From positions 37,014,001 to 37,078,000 of the forward strand of contig OZ024742.1 in assembly GCA_964016885.1 (NCBI GenBank): a stretch of 64,000 bases of DNA, given 5' to 3'. Every line of letters begins with the position of its first letter. The first letter of the stretch is position 1. Below are positions 1-12,179 of the stretch, piece after piece. The notes below the pieces were generated by a model. That model was given only the letters and a program-made list of their open reading frames with translations, was not told the DNA's origin and searched no databases. The position numbers and the translations under genes were made by a program. The stretch is from Eledone cirrhosa. Its lineage: Eukaryota.

Positions 1-285
1 TAAGCAGTGTCTTTCATTAGAAATATGGAAATGAAAGGGTTAACTTGTTTATGTTTATCTAAAAACCCATCATAATCCTATGTAAGAACTTTATGTTCTA
101 AACACCAACTTAAGAATTAGAAATAGTGTGAAATCCTTCTAGATTCTTGATTATTTGAAATTGATAAGCAGTGTCTTTCATCAGGGATATGGTAAAGAAA
201 TCTTTTTTAATAATCACCATATTGAAATTTTATTATCTTTATATTTTATATTGTCTTTATTTCAGGACATCTTTTTGATTTCCAT

Positions 286-637
286 GTGTCTAACACACGT
301 GGTCATGCCCGCAAAGCCAGAAAACAGCACAGCTCCCATCCCATGACTTTCGGAAACATTTTTTCATGCCCAGAGTTGCTGAAGCATGGAACAAACTACC
401 TGCATCAGTTATTAGCTGTCGAGACACTGCATCCTTTAAAACCTCCATGCTTCCTGAGATTTGCCAACACTACACCTAATATTCCCCCGCCATACACACA
501 CACACACACATGTATATCATGACTCATACACTATTCACTTCCCTGACATTTGTATATTATTCTCTGTACTATAAATGCACTTTTGACGAGTTATAGCGCA
601 CCTGAGCACTGTACACAATAATTTCATTATTATTATA
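286..637 (+). mobile_element. CR1/L2-group LINE 3' end fragment
   Basis: Broken frame SNTRGHARK...FRKHFFMPRVAEAWNKLPASV matches the TRGH...FF..RV...WN.LP C-terminus of CR1-group ORF2; ends in an (ATT)n tail; inverted copy at ~32255-32540. Confidence 0.7.
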
Positions 638-837
638 TGAATTTCTGAGCCAAGATACAAGAAATTTCTCACATCCTAAAGACTAAAGAATGACATTGTT
701 GCTAAATACATGTCAATTTGTTTAAATAACCTTAATTCAAATACTGTGAAATATTTCCTGACTTCAGATGAATTTGAAATATATTTCATTGTTGTGATAT
801 AGAAATAATTTGTATATTGTGAATAAGGTTTGATATT

Positions 838-1090
838 ATGGAAGAAGGGGAGGTGTGTGAGAATGAGGGTAAGAGTAAGTGTAAAACTATTGCCTTATCT
901 CATCAAACACAGAGACGTGCAAAGAAAAGACCACACCACTGTGACATCTGTGGTAAGACTTTCCAACAAAATAACCACCTTATTGATCACAAACGTACTC
1001 ATACAGGTGAGAAACCATACCACTGTGACATCTGTGGCAAGTTATTTGCAGCACTTAGTAATTTAATTCAACATAAAATACACCTCACCA
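838..1090 (+). pseudogene. C2H2 zinc-finger gene remnant (2 fingers) truncated by a LINE
   Basis: [49 protein letters not shown] with canonical linker; runs directly into RTE sequence. Confidence 0.7.
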
Positions 1091-2660
1091 GGTAAGCAGC
1101 CGATCAATCGGGTATAGTCGCAGAGATGTTGAAAGCATCGAGGTCGGTGGGTCACACCTTAACTACACGTATTGTAAACCAAGTAATACTAAATGGTGTC
1201 AAATTGAATGACTGGCGCAGCAGCATCATTGTCGTCTGCTATAAGGGTAAAGGAGATGCACCAGATAGAGGAAACTATAGCGGTATCAAGTTGATGGACC
1301 AGGTCATGAAAGTAACGGAAAGAGTTAAAGCACTGCTGATTAGGGACGAGGTAAATCTAGATGAGATGCAGTTCAAATTTGTACCAGGTAAAAGCACCTC
1401 AGATGTTCTCTTCCTGGTGAAGGCGCTACAGGAGAAGTACCTAGCTAAGGGTAAGCCACTCTACCTGCCATTTGTTCATCTGGTGAAAGCTTTTGACAGA
1501 GTCCCTCATACCATAATCTGGTGGGCTCTTAGAAAACTAGGAGTATATGAGTGGCTTGTGAAGGCTGAACAAGCCATGTATAAGAGAGCAGTCAGAAAAG
1601 TTAGGATTAACGACTATAGCAAAGAATTTAGCATGCAGGTTGGCGTCCACCAGGGCTGTTCTTAGCGCTCTCCTGTCTATTATCGTACTGCAGGCTATAA
1701 CAGAGGAATTTAAGATTGGTTGTGCATAGGAACTCCTGTACATGGATGATCTTACACTCATAGCTGAGTCTATGGAACTAGAAGCATGGCCTAGAAACAA
1801 AGGGTCTTAAGGTCAAGCCAACAAAGACTAAAGTCCTAGTAAGTAGAAGGGAAAACAGATCCCTGATCCCGTTGGGGAAATGGCCTTACTCAGTGTGTAG
1901 GAAAGGTGTAGGTAGAAATTCAATCCTCTGTCCCAAATGCAAACTATGGGTAACACGAGATACTGTGGGATCTCAGGTCGTTTAGCTAAGAATGTAGGTT
2001 TTATATGTAGCTGATGCACCGGAGTAGTAAGCATCAAATTACCACAGGAAACAAGTGCTATCTAATTCTGGGATGGTTCGGTAGAAGCAGTAGACAACTT
2101 CTGCTACCTGGGTGACCAAATTAGCATTGGGGGAGGATGTTCTGAAAGTACAGTAGCTAGAGTGAGAACAGGATGGAAGAAGTTCAGGGAGCTACTACCA
2201 CTGCTAGCTATAAAAGGCTTTTCCCTCAAAATTAAAGGCAGACTGTATGATGCATGCATAAGAACAAAAATGTTGCATAGTAGTGAGACTTGGACACTGT
2301 GTGCAGAAAACTTACGAGGATTGGAAAGAAATGAAGTTTGCATGCTCCGATGGATATATAATAGAAATATACGTAAACGGCAAAGCATAAACGAACTGAA
2401 AGAAAAGCTAGGCATAAGAGGAATTGGATGCAATGTGCAGGAGAGGAAGTTGCATTGGTATGGACATGTGATGCATATGAAGGATGACAGCTGTATAAAA
2501 AGGTGCAGGGTGCTCAAAGTTGATGGAAGCCATGGGTACAGGTGGAGTGGGGAGACCCAGGAAGACTTAGGATGAAGTGATAAAAGCTGACCTTGCTCAA
2601 TTGTACCTCTCAAAAATGATGACACAGGACCAAGATCTCTGGCCGCTATGCAGTAATCCC
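1090..2660 (+). mobile_element. RTE-clade LINE, 5'-truncated, degenerate RT
   Basis: ORFs 1126-1665 (YKGKGD..NY.GIKL, KAFDRV, GVHQG) and 2162-2575 (GWKKFREL, ETW, WYGHV), with stops and frameshifts. Confidence 0.9.
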
Positions 2661-4386
2661 GCCTTTGCATGGGTACTGGCTGAAGCTGAAGCATAGATAT
2701 AGTGTGCACCACCCTCACATTTTGTGTTAAAGTGTAAGTGGCTGAGTATTCCACAGACACATGTACATTTAATGTAATGTACAGGGAGATTCAGAACTGG
2801 TGCTTTGAATCACAGGTACAGTCCACGCGAATTACATTATGGGTAGAGAGGTGTGAGGAATGCTAAGTCACTTGCACTATGTAATGCAAGATGGATTGTA
2901 TTTGTAATTCAAAGAGCCAACATTGATATATACTGTCACACTGAATCTCCTTGAAAATTACGTAATGGGCTCACGTGTCTTTGGAATAATCAACCACTTA
3001 CACATTAATTTAATCCATTGATCGATAAACTAGAACACACATCGTCGAAACTGATGGAAGTCCATTCCAATGAAAGAATGTTGAGAGAATCTAAACTATA
3101 ATAAAGTAAGAAGCGCGGGACTGCGTACGGTTTATAATTTTTTATCCCATTAGTAAAATAAGTTGGATTACTTTGAATAAATAATTGTTTCTACTTTTGT
3201 GACAAGGCCAGCAATTACCCAGTAAATTACTGGTACTTTATTTTATCGACCTGGTAAGGATGAAAGGCAAAGTTAACCTCGACGGGATAATAATGAATGA
3301 TTACATAATTTATCTACTAAATTTCGTGGCTGTTCATTAAATATATTTTATTATTTATTTAAAGATTCACTTCTTTAAAATTTTCAAATGTCAACACTTC
3401 CGGTGGCGATCGCTTAAATAAACATTAATTTTCTGTCACTAATTTTTTCCTAATGCAGTTTATATCGTCTTTTTTTTAATGTATCATGGATTACGTTACT
3501 GATTAATAAGACAGTGTAACACAGTCTTTGTTCAATTTCTGTGTATATTGTAAATTACGATTTTATTTGATGTATCATATCTACATGTATATATATTTGC
3601 ATATAATATCAATATACACACTACACATACTAGCAGAAAACCACCCGAAGGGTGGTATTTCTGCTAGTAAAGATTAATGAACAAAGAGAACGGAAACAGG
3701 GTTGTTGTTGTTGAGCCTCTGGTCAAACCTGACTGATCCTCCATCCACACGATAAACAATAGTTAATATGATTAATGTAGAGGCCATTATATAACTAACT
3801 AGAAGTAATTTGAGGTGAGTAAAATACAAAAACGCAGACATGACTTTGTGGTTAAGGAGTTCATTTCGCATCTACATGGTTTGGGGTTCCGTCTCACCGC
3901 ATGGCATCTTAGACGAGTGTCTTTTACTATAACCAGGGGTTGAACATTGTCGTGTGAGTGGTATTTGGTTAACGGAAACTGCGTGAAAGCATGTTATATA
4001 TGTGTGTGTGTGTGTGTTTTGTTTATGTCCCGTAACTCTCCGGATCAACATAAAAAGATTGATAAAATAAGTACTGTGGTCCTTATGATCGACTATATCC
4101 CTTGAATACGGTACCCTAGCATGCCCGCTATCTTATGACTGGAATCAGTAAAAAAAATTAGAAGATACTGACCGAAGATGACGTTGGGTGGGATCGAACC
4201 CGGAATATTGTGATTGAGGAGCGAAATTCTCGACCATATAATGTAAAACGTACGGTAAGAGGATTTCGTTCGTGTTAACGGAAGGTGGTTGAAGTACCGG
4301 AGGTTGGTTTGGAGATCGTGGCAAGGAAGGGGAAACGGAATTTAAGTTGAGTTGATTGACAGAATGGTGGTAGATAAAGAGTGGCG

Positions 4387-4441
4387 ATGGAAAACTTTTT
4401 TACAATAGGGGAACTAAACCAAGACATGTATAACAAAAGCG
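4387..4441 (+). CDS. Candidate alternative first exon of the LEPROT gene (MENFFTIGELNQDMYNKS + phase-1 G)
   Basis: Perfect donor G|GTAAGT at 4441/4442 in a CpG-richer island; phase 1 like the 14390 exon; internal ATG at 4426 gives the same 16-nt coding length. Confidence 0.4.
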
Positions 4442-5559
4442 GTAAGTCCATTTTTTTTTATCAAGTAAGGTCTCAAAAAACAATAGTTGACGAAATATTT
4501 AAAAGAATTTTTTTAGAAACGAAATGCCAAATCATAAACTTTTAATAATTATTTAATGCAAATTATACTTTAAGCCATAACGACGGCACCCCTACGAGCT
4601 CGCTTGACATTCTACAAATAGCTGCCAAATCTCGCCCAAACTATACCCTACTGTCTTAAATAAGTTAAATTCATATTAGATAATGTGGCTCTACATACCC
4701 ACTCTCGCTGCAGAGGCGGTATGGTCATAGATGGTATCCCTTTGATTCTAGAGCTACTCTATTCGGGTTGACCTGAGGTTCGGTTTAGAATTATTTGGTT
4801 AAATAATATTTTCGATTTGTTTTACTTATTGTAGTACCATTAATAATATTTGAAATGTTTAAAATATATGTCGCTGAACTACATGTCCAAGACTGGAATT
4901 TAGATTAACAGTTATATTTCTGTAAAGAAGAAATTAAATTGTACGTTGTAGAGGACTAATCCCCCCCCCCCCCCCAAAAAAAAAATTCTTCCTTTAACCA
5001 CTATAAAATGCCCAGAATTTTTTTTAAATGTTGACATGAATAAATTTCTCTTACATTAATTGACGATACAACACTTATTTAGTTGGCCAAAACAACTGAA
5101 AAAAAAAACAAGGGTAAATTTATAGAACACCCGCCTTGATTTCAGTAGGAAAAACATTTTTTTCTTTTTTTTCCGTGTGCTATCAACTAATCTAAGATCC
5201 TCACAATCGACTTTTTTTCCTAGAAAATGGAGAGGGTGGGGTGCACTCATTCCCCGGATAACCCCCACCCCATGTTTTCCGATTGTGAACATACGGGGGG
5301 AAAAAAACAAAAATAAAAAACAGGAAAAACATTTTACCCCACTGAAATCGATGGGGCCGTTCTATAATTGTTTCTACTTTTGGCACAAGGCCTGCAATTA
5401 CCTCAGTGTATTACTGGTGCTTTATTTTATCGACTCCGTGAGGATGAACGGCAAAGTTAACCACGGCGGAATTTGAACCCAGAACGTAAAGGGCCATATC
5501 TCTGCCGTTCTATAATAATTGTTTCCACTTTTGGCATAAGGCCAGCAATTACTCCAGTG

Positions 5560-5851
5560 GGCGATATCCAATTTTAGCGGCCTAAATGCCGTTTAGTTGC
5601 TGCTTACTTCAATGTATGAGGCTATTCCAACAAATTTACATTCCCTTTTTTTTAGCCGTTAAAAGAAATATAGATTTATTTATTGTTTTTTTTTTTGCGA
5701 TTTATTTGCCACTGGGGCATAGATTTCTTTATTTGCCACGTTTTTGTTTGTTTTTTGCGACCTTTCTGCCAGGGAGCACAGAGAGAGGGGGGTGCTCCCT
5801 TCTTCTCTTACCTGTACAAACCATTTGTTGGCCGGCGACATATCCCCACAG
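5560..5851. mobile_element. Truncated copy of the Merlin-like MITE seen at 28955-29741
   Basis: Starts GGCGATATCCAATTTTAG; near-identical to the TIR at 28955; internal pieces rearranged. Confidence 0.75.
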
Positions 5852-6186
5852 TTTCCTCGTTCTTTCATACTTATCCTCTTCAACTACACATGGATATTTG
5901 TCTTACTGTGGAGAAGGAATTAGAAACAGTTTTATCAAAATTCACTGCTATTCGGGAACATATTTTAGCAGGGTTGATTGTAGGTCACTACAATACAAAG
6001 CGAACTTTGGGTGACATACCAACTTCTGTTGATAATATAAGGAAAGAAATCAGTGAAGGTATTTATTACATTTTGATTGCATTTTTATTACAACCACTAA
6101 TACTTACTATTATACCGAGGGGCCCTGCCCGTTCGGGAAAGGCTCTACAGACACCGATTCCTTGACGGAAACCCAATTTACACACC

Positions 6187-6758
6187 TGTAGTGGTTGTGT
6201 GTGTATAATGGTGAAATATTGATAAGGCCGGAAAAATGAACAAGTAGATGAATGGATTCATTATAAAAATAATTTATTTCACTGGAACTTAATTTGTGGT
6301 TATGTACACATCATGCTTTACTACATACAAAAATGTTACTGTTGACAACTGCTACGAGCTGTTAGAAAATAGAACCAGGATACATTTGTGGAACTGGTGT
6401 GTTAGAATGAATATGTTTGTGTGAGTGTGTGTGTGTAGTTCATCTGACACAGTAGGTCTCTCTGTGTGGTGTCAGACCAGCTTTCTGTCCCGGTTTTCCC
6501 TTGACTCTCATATATATAATGTTGCGGTGGCTAGAATGATAGACATACCGGGTTTCTACAGGGTTTCTACGTCCTTCGGTCAATTTGACTTTGGCTTGAC
6601 CTAGCTGAGGTCGTAGGTCAAAGGGAGGCGATCAATCACTTTTTGACAGGACAAAGAAAAAACCTTTCTTTGGCGCCTGTCGTCGTGATTTTGAACAGCG
6701 AGAATTCTTAGATTCGGTTTCGAATCTAAGCTTGGAGAAGGAAGTGTTATTTGTTACA
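6187..6758 (-). repeat. 3' LTR of the Gypsy element
   Basis: Direct repeat of 11313-11892; preceded on the minus strand by a polypurine tract (C-run at ~6762-6773 on +). Confidence 0.97.
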
Positions 6759-7379
6759 CTACCCCCCCCCCCCTTCTAGTGAGAAAACCAGAGATCGAAC
6801 GATGTTGGAAATGTTTTTTTTGTGTGTATGCAGAAAAATATACAGTGTAACAGAGAAATGAATGTATATCAAAAACATGCAATATAAAAAATATGAAACA
6901 AAATTTTGATGTTGATGTGTGCTAAATGGCAGAATTGTTGACGCTTTGAAAGTGGTGTGCGTCTATTAATTACTCGACCCACTAGGGGTCTAATAGAGGC
7001 GAGGCGACTTTCAGTGGCGCAAAAGATCGAGTGGTAGCACACATGAGAAAGTGACTGTTGTAAGTGTGTGTAAGCATACGGGTAGCAAAATATTTATACA
7101 AAAAGGCAAAACATTAAAAAAAAGAAAGCAAAACATGTGTACACTTTAAAAATGAAAGAAATGTTCATCGAAAAAAGTTCGTTTGTAAAATGTTCAGTAA
7201 AAGTTTATACAGACAGTTTTTCGTTGAGACGTTTCTTTGTTTTCCTTTTTTTTTTTAAAAATATATATATACCAATGTTCATTGATTTCTTTGGGTCTGT
7301 ATGTGGGTGATGCAGTCATGTGAGTTATGTGTTGATGAATGCATTTCATTAAAGAAGATGGGTAGGTTAAGTGTTGGGA

Positions 7380-10370
7380 CTTACCGGAAAAACTTGCGGG
7401 CCATCGAACTGATCTTCCCGATTTGGTGTGCCGGGGTTGTGCAGAATCTGTGGTGTTTGTTGGAGGTGATGAGTCGGTTCGAAGAACAGAGGGAACTGAA
7501 TGTAAGTCCTCTTCCATGAAGGCTTTTTTTAACCGATCGATTGATACCGTATTTCGTTTACCTCTAATATCGAGAACGAAATACTTGGGTTCTCTTTCGA
7601 TAACTTTGTAGGGCCCGGAATATGGTGGCCGAAGTTGAGATGGTATCCCATCATTCCTCACGAAAACATGAGTCCACGTGTTGATGTCTTTGGGGACATG
7701 TGAAACGACGTTCTGTTGTCTGGGGCCTGCAGGTGACAAATGCGACATGGATGTCCGTAGTCGGTGCACATATTGTGCTGGGTCAGGAAAATCTTTTGAT
7801 GAAACAGGTTCGATCATCTGCCCAGGTAAGGTGAGTGCTATGCCATAAACGAGTTCAGCCGGAGTATATCCAAGTTCCTCCTTAACCATGGATCGTATAC
7901 CAAGGGAGATGTTCCAGCCAGTGAGAACTGTCTGTAGATGCTTTTATGGATGCCTTGAGTTGGCGGTGAAAGCGTTCGACCATGCCATTTGCTGCAGGGT
8001 GGTAAGCCGTAGTGCGGGTGTGCTTACACCCGAGGAGACGAGTCAGCTCGGTGAAAAGGTGGGAATCGAACTGTCGTCCCCTGTCGGTGGTGATTGTTGC
8101 GGGTGTGCATTGTGATATCAACGTTTTGGCGACCGTTTCTGCCGATGTATCAGATAAGGGCCAAGCTTCGGGCCATCGCGAAAAACGATCGACGCAGGTA
8201 AGCAGATATGTATAATTCTGCGAAGGTGGCATAGGTCCCACGATGTCAATGTGAACGTGCTGAAATCGTGCGTCAGGTTGCGAAAAGGAACCGATTGGTG
8301 ATTTTATGTGCCGGTAGATTTTCGCTTTTTGGCACGCGACACAGCACTTGGTCCATTCTCTGATATCCTTGTTGATACTGGTCCACATAAAACGGGTCGA
8401 TATCAGCTTTTGAGTGGAGCGAATACCAGGATGTGACAGAGTATGCAGAGCAGAGAAAACTTCTCGCTGATGTTTATGTGGCACATACGAGCGTTGGTGA
8501 CCGGTGGAGATATCACACTAAATGTGGGCCGTGGACGATGGTAGCGGAACATGCTGAAATTTCAGAGATGACGAATTCCGGAGCTTTAGAAGCTCTTCGT
8601 CATTCTCCTGGTCAACTGCTATACGTGCCAGATCAATTGTAGCAGTAGTGTGGATAGCATTGATCTGTGTGCGTGAAAGTGCATCGGCTGCTAAGTTGGT
8701 CGTCCCTTTGATGTGGCGTATATCCGTCGTATACTGCGATATGAAGTCGAGGTGGCGGATTTCTCTCGGCGAGTGGCGATCCGGCTTGGTGTTAAATGCA
8801 TATATGAGTGGTTTGTGGTCGGTGTATATGGCAAAATTTGTACCTTCTAGCATGTGTCGAAAATGCTTAACGGCCAGGTATGCCGCTAATAATTCCCGAC
8901 TGAATGTGCCGTATTTCGTTTCCGCGGGTTTTAACCGCCTCGAAAAGAAGGACAACGGTTGCCATATGCCGCCAACAAGCTGCTGCAGCACACCTCCAAC
9001 TCCGGAATCGGATGCGTCGACGAGTAGACACAGTGGGGCGTCTGGTTTTGGATAAACCAACATAGTAGCGTTGGATAACGCCTTTTTCAGGGCATCGAAA
9101 GAGGCGAGTTGCTTTTCATCCAGGGCAATGTTCGTGTTTTTGCAAGTTCGATGACGTAGCAAATCTGTGAGCGGTTGCGCTATCTCAGCGAGGTGGGGTA
9201 TAAACCTTCTATAGAAGTTCGCTAGCCCGAGATATTCCCTTAATTTGCGGAGAGATGTGGGTGGTGGAAAATCCACGATGGCCTTGACTTTCTCGGGCAG
9301 GGGACGAATACCACCCTTATCGACGATGTGGCCGAGGAAATGAAGGGAAGCAACTCCGAACGAACATTTGCTCGGGTTGACAACAATGCCGTATTTTCGC
9401 AGACGTTCGAACAGCAGATGGAGGTGTTGGTGATGTTCTTCGTCCGAGTTACTGGCGACGAGTATGTCGTCTATGTAGGCATAGACGAAAGGTAAACCTC
9501 TGGTAACCATGTCTATAAACCTTTGGAATGTCTGTGCTGCGTTGCGTAAACCGAAAGGCATACGCAGGAATTCAAACATTCCGAAAGGTGTAGTGAGTGC
9601 TGTCTTCGGGATGTCCGCAGGTTCCACTGGGATTTGGTTGTATGCTCGCACAAGGTCGATCTTGGAAAAAATGCGAGCTCCATGCAGCGAGCTAGAAAAA
9701 TCCTGCAGATAAGGAACTGGATAAGCATCGCTGACAGTGCTTTTATTCAGCGATCGATAATCACCGCAAACGGCCTTTAAACGATCAGGTGGTAACCTTC
9801 TGGGCCTCGCAGCAACAGGTGGACCGCTGGTTTTGATGTGGTGGGTGATTTCGTGCTTGATCGGGTGGTTATGGAATAATGGTCGAGCGACGTCCGGATA
9901 TTCTTTCAGGATAGCACCGTGAGGAGTCGTCGTTGTGAGCATAACAGTTGGGCTTACTGTGGCCATACGAGCGGCTATACCGCGCACAGTAAGCTGTGTG
10001 GTGCTGTCGACCAGTCGACTATTTTTAATGTCTACCAGGAGACCGAAATGATGCAGGAAATCGGCTCCTAAGATAGGGGTCGGCAGTTTAGCAATGATAA
10101 ATACCCACTGAAAAGTGCGGCGTAGTCCTAAGTTCAGTGTTAGGGACTGTTCACCGTAGGTTGGAATGGGTGAGTGGTTAACTGCCTGAAGACAAACTGG
10201 TGACTCTTTCCTTTTTCCTGAAGTGCTGGAAACAGGGATGATGCTGACTTCGGCGCCGGTGTCAACCAGGAAACATGTGCCTGTTACCCGATCGCAAACG
10301 AAAACAGGCGACTTTGTGGGTGCGAGCCAGGAACTTCCGTCGCGTTCAATTCCTGGCTGTGTCGTTTCCC
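7380..10370 (-). pseudogene. pol: Gypsy pol (protease, RT, RNase H, integrase), frameshifted
   Basis: [37 protein letters not shown] zinc-binding motif, [20 protein letters not shown] module; split over ORFs 8518-10524, 7882-8484 and 7194-7889. Confidence 0.95.
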
Positions 10371-11211
10371 GGACTGGATGCTGAAAACGAGCACGGGATG
10401 GTGCATTTTTGCGCCCGTTCTCCAAACTTTCGGTGGTACCAACACGTGTAGCGGGTAGCACTGGGGCTTCGGGACCGTCTTCCATCTCGACGCGATCGGC
10501 TGCTGCTTCGGCGCTGGGTACCAAGCGATAGGGCCTGTATTTGTGTTGTGAGGGCCTGTATCTGCGCTGCTTGCTGCGTCATTAATGAACGCAAGTCCGA
10601 AATTTCTGAAGAACTGAAATGAAAGGATTGGTAATGGGAGCGGCTGGCGTCACCGTCGATACTGTTGCATATCTGTGTGGTACGTCGGCTATTTTGTCCG
10701 CTAGCTCCGCCAGTTCCTCAATGGATGTGGATTCCCGTGTGGCAGCGAGGACCACTTGCGTGTTGGAGGGCAGACGCTGGAGAAAGAGCTACTTGAATAT
10801 TTTGTCGGGTAGGCTTTCATCTCCAAGAAGCTGCTTCATTCTACGCAGAAGCTGGGAGGGCGTTTTATCACCCAATTCTTCCGATATCAGAAGCTGGTGA
10901 AGTCGCTTTTGTTGGGACTCCGAAGTTCTGTTGATGAGTGTCGTCTTAAAAATGTTGTACGACACAGAACCGGGTGGTGCCATAATGAGATCGCGGACGA
11001 CGTTCGTGATCTCTGGCGATAGGGAACCGATGACATACGACAGTCGAGACGCATCGCTGTTTACTCGGTTAGAAGAAAACTGGGCCTCTATATGGTAAAA
11101 CTATAATGCAGGGTCGTGTGTCCAGAATGGGGGAATTCTCAAAGTAACCGCCGCTTGGAATGCCATGTCGATAGATGTGTTCGCCGCTGGATTCTGTTCT
11201 GGGAGAGCCAT
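10346..11211 (-). pseudogene. gag: Gypsy gag with two premature TAG stops
   Basis: MALPEQ...LRIPPFWTHDPAL*FYHIEAQF...ELGDKTPSQLLRRM...[18 protein letters not shown]. Confidence 0.9.
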
Positions 11212-11299
11212 TGTGTTCGCGGAATTCTCAGTTCTGTTTCTGTTTCCAAATGCAGTTCGGTTGGTGAAGCTGGTTCAAAGGAAGGCCGCAATTCGTTTA

Positions 11300-11310
11300 C
11301 GGGGTCACCA
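11300..11310 (-). promoter_or_regulatory. Primer-binding site, tRNA-Trp type
   Basis: Minus strand TGGTGACCCCG, 2 nt from the 5' LTR; complementary to the tRNA-Trp 3' end CGGGGUCACCA. Confidence 0.8.
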
Positions 11311-11312
11311 AA

Positions 11313-11892
11313 TGTAGTGGTTGTGTGTGTATAATGGTGAAATATTGATAAGGCATGTGTATGCCGGAAAAATGAACAAGTAGGTGAATGGATTCATTAT
11401 AAAAATAATTTATTTCACTGGAACTTAATTTGTGGTTATGTACACATCATGCTTTACTACATACAAAAATGTTACTGTTGACAACTGCTACGAGCTGTTA
11501 GAAAATAGAACCAGGATACATTTGTGGAACTGGTGTGTTAGAATGAATATGTTTGTGTGAGTGTGTGTGTAGTTCATCTGACACAGTAGGTCTCTCTGTG
11601 TGGTGTCAGACCAGCTTTCTGTCCCGGTTTTCCCTTGACTCTCATATATATAATGTTGCGGTGGCTAGAATGATAGACATACCGGGTTTCTACAGGGTTT
11701 CTACGTCCTTCGGTCAATTTGACTTTGGCTTGACCTAGCTGAGGTCGTAGGTCAAAGGGAGGCGATCAATCACTTTTTGACAGGACAAAGAAAAAACCTT
11801 TCTTTGGCGCCTGTCGTCGTGATTTTGAACAGCGAGAATTCTTAGATTCGGTTTCGAATCTAGGCTTGGAGAAGGAAGTGTTATTTGTTACA
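11313..11892 (-). repeat. 5' LTR of the Gypsy element
   Basis: 580 bp; by eye differs from the other LTR by about 2 substitutions and 2 indels. Confidence 0.97.
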
Positions 11893-12179
11893 CACCGCAA
11901 AGTGATAATGTAGGTTGATGAAATGCATTGGATAATGTAATACTAATCACACTATGCCTGGAAAAATATGGAGCCGTCACAGTTTGAAAGCTTTTGATCA
12001 TAGGTCTGATCGATCATGACTAGGCTGAGTGGGTCTAAGCAACAACTAATACCCAGTGCCGGATTTAGGGCAAATGAGGCCCCAAACATTTGAAAAATTC
12101 ATCGTAAACATTTTTTCGTCGGGAAGGTGAGACCTCTCTTCCCTGGCCAACGGGGCCCTGTGCTTGGCAACCCACGCTT

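Larger units (their letters stand above)
6187..11892 (-). mobile_element. Full-length Ty3/Gypsy LTR retrotransposon (defective)
   Basis: TG...CA LTRs at 6187-6758 and 11313-11892; 4-bp TSD CACC (6183-6186, 11893-11896); PBS and PPT present; gag-PR-RT-RH-IN order. Confidence 0.97.
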
